A stretch of DNA of 64,000 nucleotides. Source: Alphaproteobacteria bacterium. GTDB lineage: Bacteria > Pseudomonadota > Alphaproteobacteria > UBA6615. Positions 40,995 to 51,823 of the stretch are shown here, piece by piece (positions within the stretch are counted from its first letter, which is position 1; every line of letters begins with the position of its first letter). The notes below the pieces were generated by a model that ran no database searches, was not told where the DNA came from, and saw only the letters and a program-made list of their open reading frames with translations. The position numbers were made by a program, and so were the translations under genes. The stretch is taken from assembly GCA_965261975.1 (NCBI GenBank), contig CBDHEC010000043.1:11928-75927 (forward strand). Reading direction: 5' to 3'.

Positions 40995-43172
40995 CTAACT
41001 GCGGGCGCGTTCCACGGTGCTCACGGATCGACGCCCGCGGAGGCTGGTAACGATGTTGTTGAGGTGTTTTGCGTCGTCGACCTCGATATCCACCACCATG
41101 TCGAAAAAGTCTGCAGTTCGGTTCGTGAATTTGAGGTTCGAAATATTACCTCGCGCCGCGGCGATGGTCTCCGCCATCTCGGCCAGGCTGCCGGGCTCAT
41201 TCATGAGCGTAATGTTCAGGCGGCTGACTTGCGCCGTACCACCGTCCTGCTCGCGGTCCCAGTCGACGTCGATCCAACGCTCCGGGCTGTCGGCAAAGGC
41301 TTCGAGGGTCATGCAATCGATTGTGTGAACCGTGGCGCCCTTGCCCGTGGTCATGATCCCGACGATACGATCCCCCGGCAGGGGGTAGCAGCATTTTGCC
41401 ATGTGCACCGCGATGCCCGGTGTCAGGCCGCTGATCGGGACCGCATGTTCTCCATCGGACGATTGCTCGCGCCGCCGGCGGAGAGAGAAAATCGATCCGC
41501 CGGACTTCTTCCCGCTTTTCTCGTCCGACCGGTCGGGGAATATGGATCGCACCACATCGGCGCCGGTATAGACCCCCTGCCCGACCATCGCGAACAGATC
41601 GTCGCGGGAGTCGGCGTGGAACTCACGGAAAGCGGTGTCGAGATTGATATCCGAGAGGGTCTCGCCAAAACGGCCAAAAGCCTTCTCGACGATACTCTGA
41701 CCCAGATCGACATACTGGCGCATCTGGTCCTCGCGCAAGACACGGCGAATTCGTGCCCTTGCCTTGCCGGTCATGACCAGCTTCTCCCATTCGGGCGACG
41801 GGGTCTGGTTTTTGGAAGTCAGAATGTCGACCTGATCGCCGTTCTGCAGGACAGTGCGCAGCGGCAGGTTACGGCCGTTGATCTTTGCACCCACCGCCCG
41901 GTCGCCGATTTCGGTATGAACGGCATAGGCGAAGTCGATCGGCGTCGCACCACGCGGCAGCGAATAGACATCTCCCTTGGGCGAGAAACAGAACACCTGG
42001 TCCGAGAACATCTCGAGCCGGGTGTGGGCCAGGAAATCCTCCGGCGCGGACGCATTGTCGAGAATTTCCAGCAGTTCCTGCAGCCACCGATACTGTTCAC
42101 TTTCCGCCTTGATCGCGCTTGAACCCGGGCCCGAGCCCACATCCTTGTATATCCAGTGCGCCGCGACACCACGTTCGGCAACGTCGTGCATCTCACGCGT
42201 CCTGATCTGGATTTCGATCCGCTGATCCGACAGGCCAAGAACACTCGTGTGCAGGGAACGATAGCCGTTGGGCTTGGGGTTCGAGATGTAGTCCTTGAAC
42301 CGCCCGGGCACGACGCGATACCGGCTATGGACGACCCCCAGCGTCTGATAGCATTGCGGGACGTTCGGGACGATCACGCGGAAGGCGATGATGTCGGACA
42401 ATTGCTCAAGCGACGATTGCTGGCGCTGCATCTTCCGCCAGATCGAATAGGGCGATTTCTCGCGTCCCGCGACATCCGCCTCGATTCCGGTTTCCGCAAG
42501 CACGTCGCGCAACTCCCGCACGACCTTCTCGACCACGTCCTCACCTTCAGCCCGCAGGAACCCGAGCCGTCGCGAGATGGAATCACGTGCCTCGCCATTG
42601 ATCTCGCGGAACGCCCAGTCCTCGAGCTCATCCTTAATATCGTGCATGCCGATACGCTCGGCCAGCGGCGCGTAGATATCCATCGTCTCGCGTGCGATAC
42701 GCAGGCGTCGTTCGTCGCCGTCCATATGTTCCAGCGTGCGCATGTTGTGCAGCCGATCGGCGAGCTTCACCAAGAGCACACGGATATCCCGGCTCATCGC
42801 CAGCAGAAGCTTGCGGAAATTCTCCGCCTGCTTGGCCCGGTCGGATTGAAGCTCAAGCTGGGTCAGCTTGGTCACGCCGTCGACCAGCTGCGCGACCTCT
42901 TCGCCGAAGAGCTCCGAAATCTGTTCGCCGGTCGCGTCTGTGTCCTCGATGGTGTCGTGCAGCAACGCGGTCACGATCGAGGCGGTATCGAGATGGTAGT
43001 TGGTCAGGATGCCGGCGACTTCGAGCGGGTGGCTGAAATAGGGGTCGCCGGATGCACGCGTCTGAGAACTGTGCGCGTTCATCGAGAAATCATAGGCACG
43101 AACCAGCGCATCCTCGTCCGCACTCGGATCATAGGCGCGCACCCGTTCGACCAGTTCCATTTGCTGCATCAT
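40995..43172 (-). CDS. spoT: Bifunctional (p)ppGpp synthetase/hydrolase (long RSH)
   Basis: HD motif LHDTIED, KLADRLHNMRT, GREKS.YS, NGYRSLHT, EIQIRT, TGS and ACT domains. Confidence 0.96.
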   Translation of the reverse strand: MMQQMELVERVRAYDPSADEDALVRAYDFSMNAHSSQTRASGDPYFSHPLEVAGILTNYHLDTASIVTALLHDTIEDTDATGEQISELFGEEVAQLVDGVTKLTQLELQSDRAKQAENFRKLLLAMSRDIRVLLVKLADRLHNMRTLEHMDGDERRLRIARETMDIYAPLAERIGMHDIKDELEDWAFREINGEARDSISRRLGFLRAEGEDVVEKVVRELRDVLAETGIEADVAGREKSPYSIWRKMQRQQSSLEQLSDIIAFRVIVPNVPQCYQTLGVVHSRYRVVPGRFKDYISNPKPNGYRSLHTSVLGLSDQRIEIQIRTREMHDVAERGVAAHWIYKDVGSGPGSSAIKAESEQYRWLQELLEILDNASAPEDFLAHTRLEMFSDQVFCFSPKGDVYSLPRGATPIDFAYAVHTEIGDRAVGAKINGRNLPLRTVLQNGDQVDILTSKNQTPSPEWEKLVMTGKARARIRRVLREDQMRQYVDLGQSIVEKAFGRFGETLSDINLDTAFREFHADSRDDLFAMVGQGVYTGADVVRSIFPDRSDEKSGKKSGGSIFSLRRRREQSSDGEHAVPISGLTPGIAVHMAKCCYPLPGDRIVGIMTTGKGATVHTIDCMTLEAFADSPERWIDVDWDREQDGGTAQVSRLNITLMNEPGSLAEMAETIAAARGNISNLKFTNRTADFFDMVVDIEVDDAKHLNNIVTSLRGRRSVSTVERARS

Positions 43173-43311
43173 GGCAACATCATAACCCTGTTACGGGCCC
43201 ACGGGCCCGACGAAAAAACCCGGATGCACTGATGTGCGCCCGGGCTAATCCAAATTCATTGCCCGTGTGAAGACGGGGCGGCGCGAGGCGCCGTTTTTCT
43301 GGGTCGCCAGA

Positions 43312-43710
43312 TCAGCTGGTGCTGTCCTGGCTTTCGTCCACCGCATCCTCGAAGCGCATTTCCGGCATGTCCGGTTCCGCACCCGGCTCGGCGTCGGCCT
43401 CCGGTGCGTCTGGCGTGACGCCAGCAATGTTGGATTCGGATTCGAGCAGCTCGATGACCTCATCCTCTTCGGGAAGATCGAACTCGACATGCTTCTGCTG
43501 GCTGACGATCAACGATTCCTGGAGATTCTCCAGTTCCACCGTCTCGTCGGCGATTTCGCGCAGGGCGATCACAGGGTTCTTGTCGTTGTCGCGCTCGACC
43601 GTGATCGGCGCACCGGCCGATACTTCGCGTGCGCGCTGGGACGCGAGCATGACCAGATCAAACCGGTTCGAAACCTTTTCGATGCAATCTTCGACTGTTA
43701 CGCGGGCCAT
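43312..43710 (-). CDS. rpoZ: RNA polymerase omega subunit
   Basis: [32 protein letters not shown]. Confidence 0.97.
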   Translation of the reverse strand: MARVTVEDCIEKVSNRFDLVMLASQRAREVSAGAPITVERDNDKNPVIALREIADETVELENLQESLIVSQQKHVEFDLPEEDEVIELLESESNIAGVTPDAPEADAEPGAEPDMPEMRFEDAVDESQDSTS

Positions 43711-43746
43711 TCAGATGTCTCCGGACGATCATTAAATTCGGCCTGT

Positions 43747-43775
43747 ATATAGGCACAAAAACCTGAAAAGCCAAG
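43747..43775 (-). promoter_or_regulatory. Sigma70-type promoter of rpoZ
   Basis: CTTGGC-N17-CTATAT on the minus strand matches the alphaproteobacterial CTTGAC-N17-CTATAT consensus. Confidence 0.7.
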
Positions 43776-43811
43776 CATTTGGGTGCGCCGCAATAAATGT
43801 CGGCCCGGCGA

Positions 43812-44303
43812 CTATGCCGATAACGGGCACACGTCTGCACGATCCTCCGCCCGTGCCAGCAATGCCGCAACCCCATCTCCGGTCGCGGGATGGCGCCAGT
43901 CGGGCGCGATTTCCTGCAACGGACGAAGCACAAATGCACGATCTGCCATGCGCGGGTGGGGCAAAACCGGCCATCCGGCATCGATTTTTCCGTGATAGTC
44001 GAGCAGGTCGATATCGATGATCCGGGCCGCATCACGCACCGAACGCACGCGCCCCAACCGGGTTTCGATATCATGCAGCAATGTCAGCAAGGCCCCCGGC
44101 GGCAGGTCTGTTTCCAGTTGCGCCACCGCATTCACATAATCGGGTTGATCGGACGCCGGCACCGGTGCGCTGGCATACCATCCCGACCGGCCGACCACCG
44201 TGACAGCCGCAGCCCCGACCTCCTGGAGCGCGGAAGCGAGCGTGTCGCGAGGTGCACTGCCATCAGCGCCGGGAAGATTGGCGCCTAGCCCGATCAGGAT
44301 CAT
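43812..44303 (-). CDS. folK: 2-amino-4-hydroxy-6-hydroxymethyldihydropteridine diphosphokinase
   Basis: IGLGANL, QPDYVNAV, IETRLGR.R, RIIDIDLL, LPHPRM..RAFVL.PL. Confidence 0.95.
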   Translation of the reverse strand: MILIGLGANLPGADGSAPRDTLASALQEVGAAAVTVVGRSGWYASAPVPASDQPDYVNAVAQLETDLPPGALLTLLHDIETRLGRVRSVRDAARIIDIDLLDYHGKIDAGWPVLPHPRMADRAFVLRPLQEIAPDWRHPATGDGVAALLARAEDRADVCPLSA

Positions 44304-44461
44304 GCAAAATCTCCAAAACACCCGCCTCTGCCGCTATCTGGACAGCCTGACAACCGCGCGTTATCTAGACAAACGATTGAAAACGCCAATTCAAAATACG
44401 CGCGTGAAGGCGTCGCCCGGTTGGCCGCGACGACAGGTTTTAGCATTTTGGGCGAGGATTC

Positions 44462-45118
44462 ATGGACATGCTGAACGCCCCCGCCCCCGACTGCCCCTTG
44501 TGCCCGCGCCTCGTGGACTTCAGGACGGACAATCAGGCGAAATTTCCGGACTTCCATAACGGACCGGTACCCAGCTTCGGTGCGACGGACGCACAGCTAT
44601 TGATCGTCGGCCTCGCGCCGGGTCTGAAAGGAGCGAACCGCACGGCACGTCCGTTTACCGGCGACTATGCAGGCGACCTGCTCTACCCGACGCTCGTGAA
44701 GTTCGGATTCGCGCGAGGGACCTATGCAGCGCGGCCCGACGACGGTATCGAACTGTCGGACTGCCGGATCACCAATGCCGTGCGCTGTGTGCCACCGCAG
44801 AACAAGCCCGTCGGCGCCGAGGTGAAGGCATGCCGACCGTTCCTGGTCTCCGAGTTCGATGCCATGACCGAGCTCCGGGTCATCCTGGCGCTCGGCGGCC
44901 TTGCCCATAACGCCACCCTGGCGACACTCGGTTACAAGCAGTCGGCGTTCAAGTTCGGCCACTGCGCACAACACGAGATTACGCAGAACGACCGGCCGAT
45001 CCTGCTGATGAACAGCTATCACTGCTCGCGCTACAACACGAACACCGGACGCCTGACCACGCCGATGTTCGAGGATGTGTTCACCGCGATCCGGGCGCAT
45101 CTCGACGCGTTACCATGA
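44462..45118 (+). CDS. Uracil-DNA glycosylase, family 5 (UdgB-like, 4Fe-4S)
   Basis: CPLCPRL, GLAPG..GANRT.RPFTGD, NAVRCVPP.NKP, SYHCSRYNT. Confidence 0.9.
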   Translation: MDMLNAPAPDCPLCPRLVDFRTDNQAKFPDFHNGPVPSFGATDAQLLIVGLAPGLKGANRTARPFTGDYAGDLLYPTLVKFGFARGTYAARPDDGIELSDCRITNAVRCVPPQNKPVGAEVKACRPFLVSEFDAMTELRVILALGGLAHNATLATLGYKQSAFKFGHCAQHEITQNDRPILLMNSYHCSRYNTNTGRLTTPMFEDVFTAIRAHLDALP

Positions 45119-45570
45119 CCGCGCCAAACATTCGGCGCGCGCAGGTCGACGACGCGCCAGCACTTTCGAAGCTGGCCGAAATGTCCAAACGTCATTGGGG
45201 CTACGACGACGCGTTCGTCTCTGCGACAATCGAAGAGATCGCTGTCACCGAAGAACAGATTCGACGCGACAGCTGTTTCGTTGCGGAGGTCGACGGGATC
45301 GCCATCGGGTTCTATCTCTTGGAGCAGGCCTCTCTCGAACGCATGTTCGTATCTCCGGAGTTTATCGGACAGGGTGTCGGACGGGCGCTCATGGAGCATT
45401 TGCAAACCCATGCCCGCGAACAGGGCCTGACGAGGATCGAAATCATATCCGACCCGAACGCCGCCGATTTCTATCGCAGGATGGGGGCCATCGAATCGGG
45501 TTTGTTCGACTCTCAATTCGTTCCGGGTCGCCAGCTGCCGGTGTTCGCGCTGGCGATAAGCGCGGCTTAG
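45115..45570 (+). CDS. GNAT family N-acetyltransferase
   Basis: SKRHWGY, MFVSPEFIGQGVGRAL, SDPNAADFYRRMG; ATGA coupled to the glycosylase gene. Confidence 0.88.
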   Translation: MTAPNIRRAQVDDAPALSKLAEMSKRHWGYDDAFVSATIEEIAVTEEQIRRDSCFVAEVDGIAIGFYLLEQASLERMFVSPEFIGQGVGRALMEHLQTHAREQGLTRIEIISDPNAADFYRRMGAIESGLFDSQFVPGRQLPVFALAISAA

Positions 45571-46640
45571 CGCTCGGTCAGCACACCCCGGCGAATCTGG
45601 TCTTCCTCGATCGCGTCGAACAACGCCTTGAAGTTACCTTCGCCGAAACCCTCGTTGCCCTTGCGCTGAATGATCTCGAAGAAGATCGGGCCGATGACCG
45701 TATCGGTAAATATCTGCAGCAGAAGCCCCTGATCCTCGGTCGGCGCGCCATCGAGCAGGATATTGCCGGCACGTAACCGCTCGACATTCTCGCCATGCCC
45801 GGGCACACGGTCATCGAGTGCGTCGAAATAGGAATCGGGCGTCGCCAGAAATGCGACCCCGCGTGCAGCAAGCGCCTCGACGGACGCAAAGATATCCTTC
45901 GTGCCCAGCGCAATATGCTGGATACCCTCGCCGTGATAGTCCCGCAGATACTCGGCGATCTGGCTCTTGTCGTCGGCGGATTCGTTGATCGGAATCCTGA
46001 TCTTGCCGTCCGCGCTCGTCATCGCGCGAGAATGCAATCCTGTGAGCTTGCCCTCGATATCGAAGTAGCGGACTTCTCGGAAGTTGAACACGTCCTCATA
46101 GAAGCCCGCCCACTTGTCCATGTTGCCCTGGTACACATTGTGGGTCAGGTGATCGATATAGGTTAGCCCCACTGGCGGCGGCGATACCCCCTCGATGGGC
46201 TCGAAATCCACATCGTATATCGTCCCCTTGGGTCCATAGCGGTCGACGAGACAGAGCCGGCTGTTGCCGATGCCCTGGAGAGTCGGGATGTTCAGTTCCA
46301 TCGGCCCGACATGATTTGGCACTTCGTTCGCCCCACGTTCCAACGCTTTGGCACGGGCCAACGACGCATCACGGACCCGAAACGCCATGGCGCAGGCACT
46401 TGGTCCATGCGCTTGTGCGAAGTCGGCGGCAAAACTCCCCGGTTCGTTGTTCAGGATGAAGTTGACGTCGCCCTGCCGGAAAAGCGTCACCTCCTTGGAC
46501 CGATGTCGCGCCACTGCGGCGAAACCCATCTGCTCGAACAAACGTCCAAGCTCTTCCGGCTCCGGCGAGCAATACTCGACAAACTCAAACCCGTCGGTGC
46601 CGAGGGGGTTGTCCCAAAGGTCTTTCGCCTGTCCTGCCAT
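45567..46640 (-). CDS. hppD: 4-hydroxyphenylpyruvate dioxygenase
   Basis: NPLGTDGFEFVE, IDHLTHNV, IRIPINE, GEGIQHIAL, FFEIIQRKG.EGFGEGNF. Confidence 0.96.
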   Translation of the reverse strand: MAGQAKDLWDNPLGTDGFEFVEYCSPEPEELGRLFEQMGFAAVARHRSKEVTLFRQGDVNFILNNEPGSFAADFAQAHGPSACAMAFRVRDASLARAKALERGANEVPNHVGPMELNIPTLQGIGNSRLCLVDRYGPKGTIYDVDFEPIEGVSPPPVGLTYIDHLTHNVYQGNMDKWAGFYEDVFNFREVRYFDIEGKLTGLHSRAMTSADGKIRIPINESADDKSQIAEYLRDYHGEGIQHIALGTKDIFASVEALAARGVAFLATPDSYFDALDDRVPGHGENVERLRAGNILLDGAPTEDQGLLLQIFTDTVIGPIFFEIIQRKGNEGFGEGNFKALFDAIEEDQIRRGVLTER

Positions 46641-46674
46641 GGCGCATATCCTCTTGTCCTATGACACCCGCGTG

Positions 46675-46719
46675 ATTGACCCGACGCGGACAGGCATCTA
46701 TTTTTGTTTCATATGTAAC
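46675..46719. promoter_or_regulatory. marR promoter and palindromic operator in the hppD/marR intergenic region
   Basis: ATTGAC-N17-CTATTT (46675-46703) followed by near-perfect palindrome GTTTCATATGTAAC (46706-46719). Confidence 0.6.
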
Positions 46720-46736
46720 TAATTCAAGGCTTACCC

Positions 46737-47216
46737 ATGCCCGACACCGCACACGGTTCCGCGAGGACCCATCTCGCACTGGAAACGTTCCTGCCGTACC
46801 GGCTGTCGATCCTCTCCAACACCGTCAGCAACGCAATCGCGCGGGACTACCAGTATCGCTTCGGTCTAACCGTGGCCGAATGGCGTGTGATGGCCGTCCT
46901 CGGGCGTTTCGGGCCCGACGCGGCAACGGGTATCGGAAGCCGAACGGCAATGGACAAGGTCACGGTCAGCCGGGCCATGACACGCCTCATCGATCGCGGG
47001 CTGATGACGCGCAATTCCGATTCCGGTGATCGCAGGCGGGTAATCGCCAAACTGACGCGCAAGGGACGGACCATCCACGACAAGATCGTCCCCGTCGCTC
47101 TGGCCCATGAAGCCACACTGGCAGAAGCATTATCCGACGCCGAAGCCAGGACACTCGACCGTCTGCTCGCCAAACTGCAGCACAAGGCCGACACGCTGGC
47201 CGCCGGCAAGGACTAG
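46737..47216 (+). CDS. MarR-family regulator divergent from hppD
   Basis: FLPYRLSILSN, EWRVMAVL, MDKVTVSRA, DRRR..LT..G. Confidence 0.9.
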   Translation: MPDTAHGSARTHLALETFLPYRLSILSNTVSNAIARDYQYRFGLTVAEWRVMAVLGRFGPDAATGIGSRTAMDKVTVSRAMTRLIDRGLMTRNSDSGDRRRVIAKLTRKGRTIHDKIVPVALAHEATLAEALSDAEARTLDRLLAKLQHKADTLAAGKD

Positions 47217-47219
47217 CGA

Positions 47220-48353
47220 CTAGATGTAATGCTCCTCGAGGGGGGCGAAACCATTGAACCCCACCGAGGCATATGTCGAGGTGTAGGCGCCGGTGTCATG
47301 AAGGGTGACGATGTCTCCCGCCTGCAGCGACAACGGGAGCACGCACATGGCGTTCTCATACATTACGTCATGGCTGTCGCAGGTCGGCCCCGCGACCACG
47401 ACCGGCCCGTTCGGACCATCGCGCCCAAACGCCTCGATCCGGTAGCGGATCGCCTCGCCTTCCGATTCCGCGAGGCCCCCATAGCGCCCGACATCGAGAT
47501 AGACCCAGCGTTCTGTCGTGTCGTAGGCGCGCTCGGCGACCAGAATAACCTCGCTGCGTATGACACCGGCATCTGCCACGATCGCACGCCCGGGCTCCAG
47601 GATGACCCGCGGTCGCACGCCAGGAAACGCCGCGTCGAGGCTCCGGTCGATGGCATCGAAAACCGTCTCCGGCGCGGGCACCGCGCCATCACCATACGGC
47701 ACCGGGAAGCCGCCACCCAGATTGAGGATGCCCAGCGAGATGCCGGCGCCTGACGCGCGCGCAAACAGTTCGCCGCACAAACCAACCGCCTCGCACCAGC
47801 GCGCCGGGTCGGTCTGCTGGCTGCCGACATGAAAGGAAAGCCCGGCCGGTCGCAGCCCCGCCTCTCCCGCGCGGGTCAACAGCTCGACCGCCTCGTCAGG
47901 GTTGCAACCGAACTTCCGGGTTAGCGGCCAGCGCGCCCCGTCGTTCGAAACAACGATCCGGCAAACCACCGACGATCCGGGAGCGCTCGCGGCAAGCTTC
48001 TCGATCTCGCCGACGCTGTCGAAAGCGAACAGGTCGACACCGCCTTCAACTGCCGTTGAAATATCCGACGGTTTCTTGACCGTGTTGCCATAGGAAATCC
48101 GGTCCGGTGAGACACCCGCCTCCAGGCAGGCCACGACCTCCGCCGGGCTCGCCGCGTCGAAGGCTGCACCCAATCCCGCCAGCCGTTCGATGATCTGAGC
48201 TGCGGGGTTCGCCTTGACCGCATAGAAAAGCTCGGCCCAGGGGACCATTTCGGCCATGCGCGCGTAATTTTCCGCGACCCGGTCGAGGTCAACCACGAGG
48301 CAGGGCGTTCGCGTTTGCACAAGATCGAAATAACGGTCGGTTTTCTCGTTCAT
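47220..48353 (-). CDS. Type III PLP-dependent ornithine/lysine decarboxylase
   Basis: FYAVKANP (PLP Lys), FDAAS, KFGC, SFHVGSQ, NLGGGFP, EPGR, AGPTCDS, GAYT. Confidence 0.92.
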   Translation of the reverse strand: MNEKTDRYFDLVQTRTPCLVVDLDRVAENYARMAEMVPWAELFYAVKANPAAQIIERLAGLGAAFDAASPAEVVACLEAGVSPDRISYGNTVKKPSDISTAVEGGVDLFAFDSVGEIEKLAASAPGSSVVCRIVVSNDGARWPLTRKFGCNPDEAVELLTRAGEAGLRPAGLSFHVGSQQTDPARWCEAVGLCGELFARASGAGISLGILNLGGGFPVPYGDGAVPAPETVFDAIDRSLDAAFPGVRPRVILEPGRAIVADAGVIRSEVILVAERAYDTTERWVYLDVGRYGGLAESEGEAIRYRIEAFGRDGPNGPVVVAGPTCDSHDVMYENAMCVLPLSLQAGDIVTLHDTGAYTSTYASVGFNGFAPLEEHYI

Positions 48354-48519
48354 ATACTGTGCTTCCACCGGACACCGGGACGCCGCCTTGTCGTTCGCAT
48401 TGGCCTCAAACCATCCGAAAATTGCGCATAATCGCTGGCGATCGACATACCACGTTAATTGCCCTGAATCGCGGCCTGTGTTAACCGGCCAGAGTCTGCA
48501 TGACGATTGGAAGAGACGG

Positions 48520-48966
48520 GTGACAGAGCACGGTTCCATATGGGTCCTGAACGGGCCCAACCTAAATTTGCTCGGGGAGCGAGAGCCCGGCATCTATGGC
48601 GGGGATTCGCTGGACGATATCGAGGCGCGCTGCATCGAAGCCGCCAAGACGGCTGGATTCACCCTGGATTTTCGCCAGACCAACCACGAGGGCGAACTCG
48701 TCGCCTGGGTTCAGGAGGCGCGCACCGCCGCCGCCGGGTTGGCGATAAACGCCGGCGCCTACACCCACACATCCGTCGCGGTTCATGATGCGCTGCGGCT
48801 GCTCGACATTCCGATCGTGGAAGTGCATTTGTCGAACATCTTCGCGCGCGAGGAGTTTCGACATAAATCCTATATCAGCGCGGCGGCGACAGGTGTCGTG
48901 TGCGGTTTTGGTTCCCACAGCTATGTGCTGGCAATTTCTGCGCTCGCGGCGCGAATGGATCTGTAG
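48520..48966 (+). CDS. aroQ: Type II 3-dehydroquinate dehydratase
   Basis: [45 protein letters not shown]; GTG start. Confidence 0.95.
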   Translation: MTEHGSIWVLNGPNLNLLGEREPGIYGGDSLDDIEARCIEAAKTAGFTLDFRQTNHEGELVAWVQEARTAAAGLAINAGAYTHTSVAVHDALRLLDIPIVEVHLSNIFAREEFRHKSYISAAATGVVCGFGSHSYVLAISALAARMDL

Positions 48967-48969
48967 AGA

Positions 48970-49434
48970 ATGACTGATTCCTTTGACATCGACCCGGACC
49001 TGGTCCGAAAGCTTGCCGACCTGTTGAACGAAACAGGACTGGGCGAGATTGAGTATGAGGACAATGGCAAACGTGTCCGCGTCGCCCTGCCTGGTGCCGG
49101 CGGCGTCAGCGTGGCCGCACCGGTCGCGGCACCACCGGCCCCCGCGGCTCCGGCACCCGCCGCCGCACCGCCGGCGGCCGGCGGGGATGCAGCGGCACAT
49201 CCTGGCGCCGTGACATCGCCGATGGTCGGTACAGTCTACCTCGCGCAGGCACCCGAAGACCCGCCCTTCGTCAAGGCAGGCGATAGCGTGCGTGAAGGCC
49301 AGACATTGCTGCTGATCGAAGCCATGAAGACCTTCAACGAGGTCAAGGCCCCCCGCGCCGGCACGGTGCAGAGCATTGCGGTTGCGAGCGGCCAACCGGT
49401 CGAGTTTGGCGAAGTCCTCGCCATCATCGAGTAA
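48970..49434 (+). CDS. accB: Acetyl-CoA carboxylase biotin carboxyl carrier protein
   Basis: Ala/Pro linker, SPMVGT, EAMK biotinylation motif. Confidence 0.96.
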   Translation: MTDSFDIDPDLVRKLADLLNETGLGEIEYEDNGKRVRVALPGAGGVSVAAPVAAPPAPAAPAPAAAPPAAGGDAAAHPGAVTSPMVGTVYLAQAPEDPPFVKAGDSVREGQTLLLIEAMKTFNEVKAPRAGTVQSIAVASGQPVEFGEVLAIIE

Positions 49435-49444
49435 GCCACCCTCG

Positions 49445-50785
49445 ATGTTCAAAAAGGTCCTGATCGCCAATCGTGGCGAAATCGCACTGCGCATACATCG
49501 CGCGTGCAAGGAGATGGGCATCTCGACTGTCGCGGTTCATTCGACAGCCGATTCAAACGCGATGCATGTTCGGCTTGCCGACGAAAGCGTGTGCATCGGC
49601 CCGCCGACGGCCGCCGACAGCTACCTCAATATCCCCGCCATTTTGTCGGCGGCCACCGTCACCGACGCCGACGCCATTCATCCCGGCTACGGGTTCCTGT
49701 CGGAGAACGCAAATTTCGCGCGGATCGTCGAGGAGCATGGCATTGCGTTCATCGGGCCGAGTTCGGAACTGATCTCGACGATGGGCGACAAGGTCGCAGC
49801 GAAGGACGCAATGAAGGGGGCCGGCGTGCCTGTGGTGCCCGGCTCGGACGGGGCGGTGAGAACAGCCGCGGACGCTGTCCCCATCGCGGCAGATATCGGC
49901 TACCCGGTCATCGTCAAGGCCGCGTCGGGCGGCGGCGGGCGCGGCATGAAGGTTGTCGAGCGCGCCGAAGACCTCGAGAGCGCCCTCAATCTGGCCTCGA
50001 CCGAGGCGCTGGCCGGTTTTGGCGACGCCACGGTCTATATCGAAAAGTATCTCGGCCAACCGCGCCATGTGGAGGTCCAGGTCATCGCCGACGGCAAGGG
50101 CAACGCCGTCCATCTGTTCGAGCGCGATTGTTCGCTCCAGCGCAAACATCAGAAAGTTCTCGAGGAGGCACCCTGCCCGGTCCTCGATGAAGCGACCCGC
50201 CAGAAGATCGGCAAGGTCTGCGCCGACGCGGCGGCCAACCTGGGCTATCGCAGCGCCGGTACGTTCGAGTTCCTGTTCGAGAATGGCGAGTTCTACTTCA
50301 TCGAGATGAACACCCGCGTGCAGGTCGAACACCCGATTACGGAAATGATCTGCGACATCGATATCGTGGCGGAGATGATCCGCATCGCCGCCGGCGAGGA
50401 GATGTCGCTGCGCCAGGAAGATATCCGCATCAACGGTCATGCGTTCGAATGCCGGATCAACGCCGAGGACCCCGAGACCTTCACGCCATCGCCGGGACGG
50501 ATCGCGGAGTTCCACGCGCCTGGCGGACTGGGCGTGCGCGTCGATTCAGCGCTGTATGCCGGCTACAGCATCCCGCCCTACTACGACAGCCTGGTCGCCA
50601 AGCTGATCGTCCACGGGCGCACGCGCGACGAGGCGTTGATGCGGTTGCGGCGCGCCCTGGGCGAGATGGTCGTGTCGGGCGTGTCTACCACGATCCCGTT
50701 GCACCAGCGCCTCGCCGACAATCCGTCCTTCGTCTCGGCCGACTATGACATTCATTGGCTCGAAAGCTCTCTCGCCAGCGACTAG
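49445..50785 (+). CDS. accC: Acetyl-CoA carboxylase biotin carboxylase
   Basis: [51 protein letters not shown]. Confidence 0.97.
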   Translation: MFKKVLIANRGEIALRIHRACKEMGISTVAVHSTADSNAMHVRLADESVCIGPPTAADSYLNIPAILSAATVTDADAIHPGYGFLSENANFARIVEEHGIAFIGPSSELISTMGDKVAAKDAMKGAGVPVVPGSDGAVRTAADAVPIAADIGYPVIVKAASGGGGRGMKVVERAEDLESALNLASTEALAGFGDATVYIEKYLGQPRHVEVQVIADGKGNAVHLFERDCSLQRKHQKVLEEAPCPVLDEATRQKIGKVCADAAANLGYRSAGTFEFLFENGEFYFIEMNTRVQVEHPITEMICDIDIVAEMIRIAAGEEMSLRQEDIRINGHAFECRINAEDPETFTPSPGRIAEFHAPGGLGVRVDSALYAGYSIPPYYDSLVAKLIVHGRTRDEALMRLRRALGEMVVSGVSTTIPLHQRLADNPSFVSADYDIHWLESSLASD

Positions 50786-50794
50786 AGTTGCGCG

Positions 50795-51445
50795 ATGACA
50801 AGTCTCACGCCGCAACTCCTCCTGGGTGCCTATGCCAGCGGAATATTTCCGATGGCGGAGAGCCGGCACGACGCCGATCTATACTGGATCGACCCCGACA
50901 TGCGCGGCGTTCTGCCGCTTGATGCGTTTCACATTCCGCGACGTTTGCGAAAAACCATCCGCACCAGCCCCTTCGAGATTCGCTGCGACAGTGATTTCGT
51001 CGGCACCGTCCGAAGTTGTGCCGAACCCCAGGGCGATCGTCCCGAGACCTGGATCAATGACGAGATCGAGCATCTCTACAGTGCGCTGTTCGACATGGGG
51101 TTTGCCCACTCCGTGGAGTGCTGGCAAGACGGCGCGATGGTCGGCGGCCTGTATGGCGTGAGCCTCGGCGGCGCCTTCTTCGGGGAAAGCATGTATTCCC
51201 GCGCCCGGGACGCGAGCAAGGTCGCGCTGTGCCATCTGGCCGCGCGCTTGCGCAAGAGCGGGTTCGTCCTGTTGGACAGCCAGTTCGTCACGGACCATTT
51301 GCGCCAGTTCGGCGCTGCGGAGATTGAGCGTGCCGACTACAAGCAGCGCCTGGCGGCAGCCCTCAAGGTCGATGCGGAGTTTCAGCCCGAACTGTCGGAC
51401 GACGAGTTCGAGGCCTTCATACAATCCACGACCCAGACATCGTAG
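50795..51445 (+). CDS. aat: Leucyl/phenylalanyl-tRNA-protein transferase
   Basis: AYASGIFPM, TWIN, AHSVECW, GGLYGV, FFGESM, DASKVAL, LLDSQF.T.HL. Confidence 0.95.
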   Translation: MTSLTPQLLLGAYASGIFPMAESRHDADLYWIDPDMRGVLPLDAFHIPRRLRKTIRTSPFEIRCDSDFVGTVRSCAEPQGDRPETWINDEIEHLYSALFDMGFAHSVECWQDGAMVGGLYGVSLGGAFFGESMYSRARDASKVALCHLAARLRKSGFVLLDSQFVTDHLRQFGAAEIERADYKQRLAAALKVDAEFQPELSDDEFEAFIQSTTQTS

Positions 51446-51795
51446 ACCGGGTGCTCGAGCGCTGAGACCGCTGGACTGGAGGCAAACATCCAGCCCGTGA
51501 ACAAATCGCGCGGCAACGCGTCTTCAAAGGTCTCGTCGATCTCGAGAAACGCCGTACTCTCCGGCGGCTCGGTCGGCGGCGCCTTGTGACAGGCGCGGGC
51601 CTGGATGACCAGCGACCCGAACCGGACCGGGACATCGAACGGCGCCTCGAAGGTCGAGATACGTGCGGTGACCTTGTCGAGCCCCTGCAGCACCGCACCG
51701 GAAGTTGCGGTACCGGGCTCCTGGGCCGGCAACTCGCTCACCCCGCCCCAGACGAGGGCCAGGGCAAAACTGCCCGGGAGAAGAAACCGCCGCAT
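51382..51795 (-). CDS. DUF2155-family exported protein
   Basis: Signal peptide, LQGLDKVTAR, FTGWMFASSP..ALEHPVYDVWV.DC; usual position downstream of mlaD. Confidence 0.85.
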   Translation of the reverse strand: MRRFLLPGSFALALVWGGVSELPAQEPGTATSGAVLQGLDKVTARISTFEAPFDVPVRFGSLVIQARACHKAPPTEPPESTAFLEIDETFEDALPRDLFTGWMFASSPAVSALEHPVYDVWVVDCMKASNSSSDSSG

Positions 51796-51823
51796 CAGGA
51801 AGCCAGAGGGTTGCCGACAGGCG

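Noticed and set aside
44304-44461. No NYN/LabA gene between folK and the uracil-DNA glycosylase
   Set aside because: Simple gene-order variation; no remnant detectable in 158 bp.
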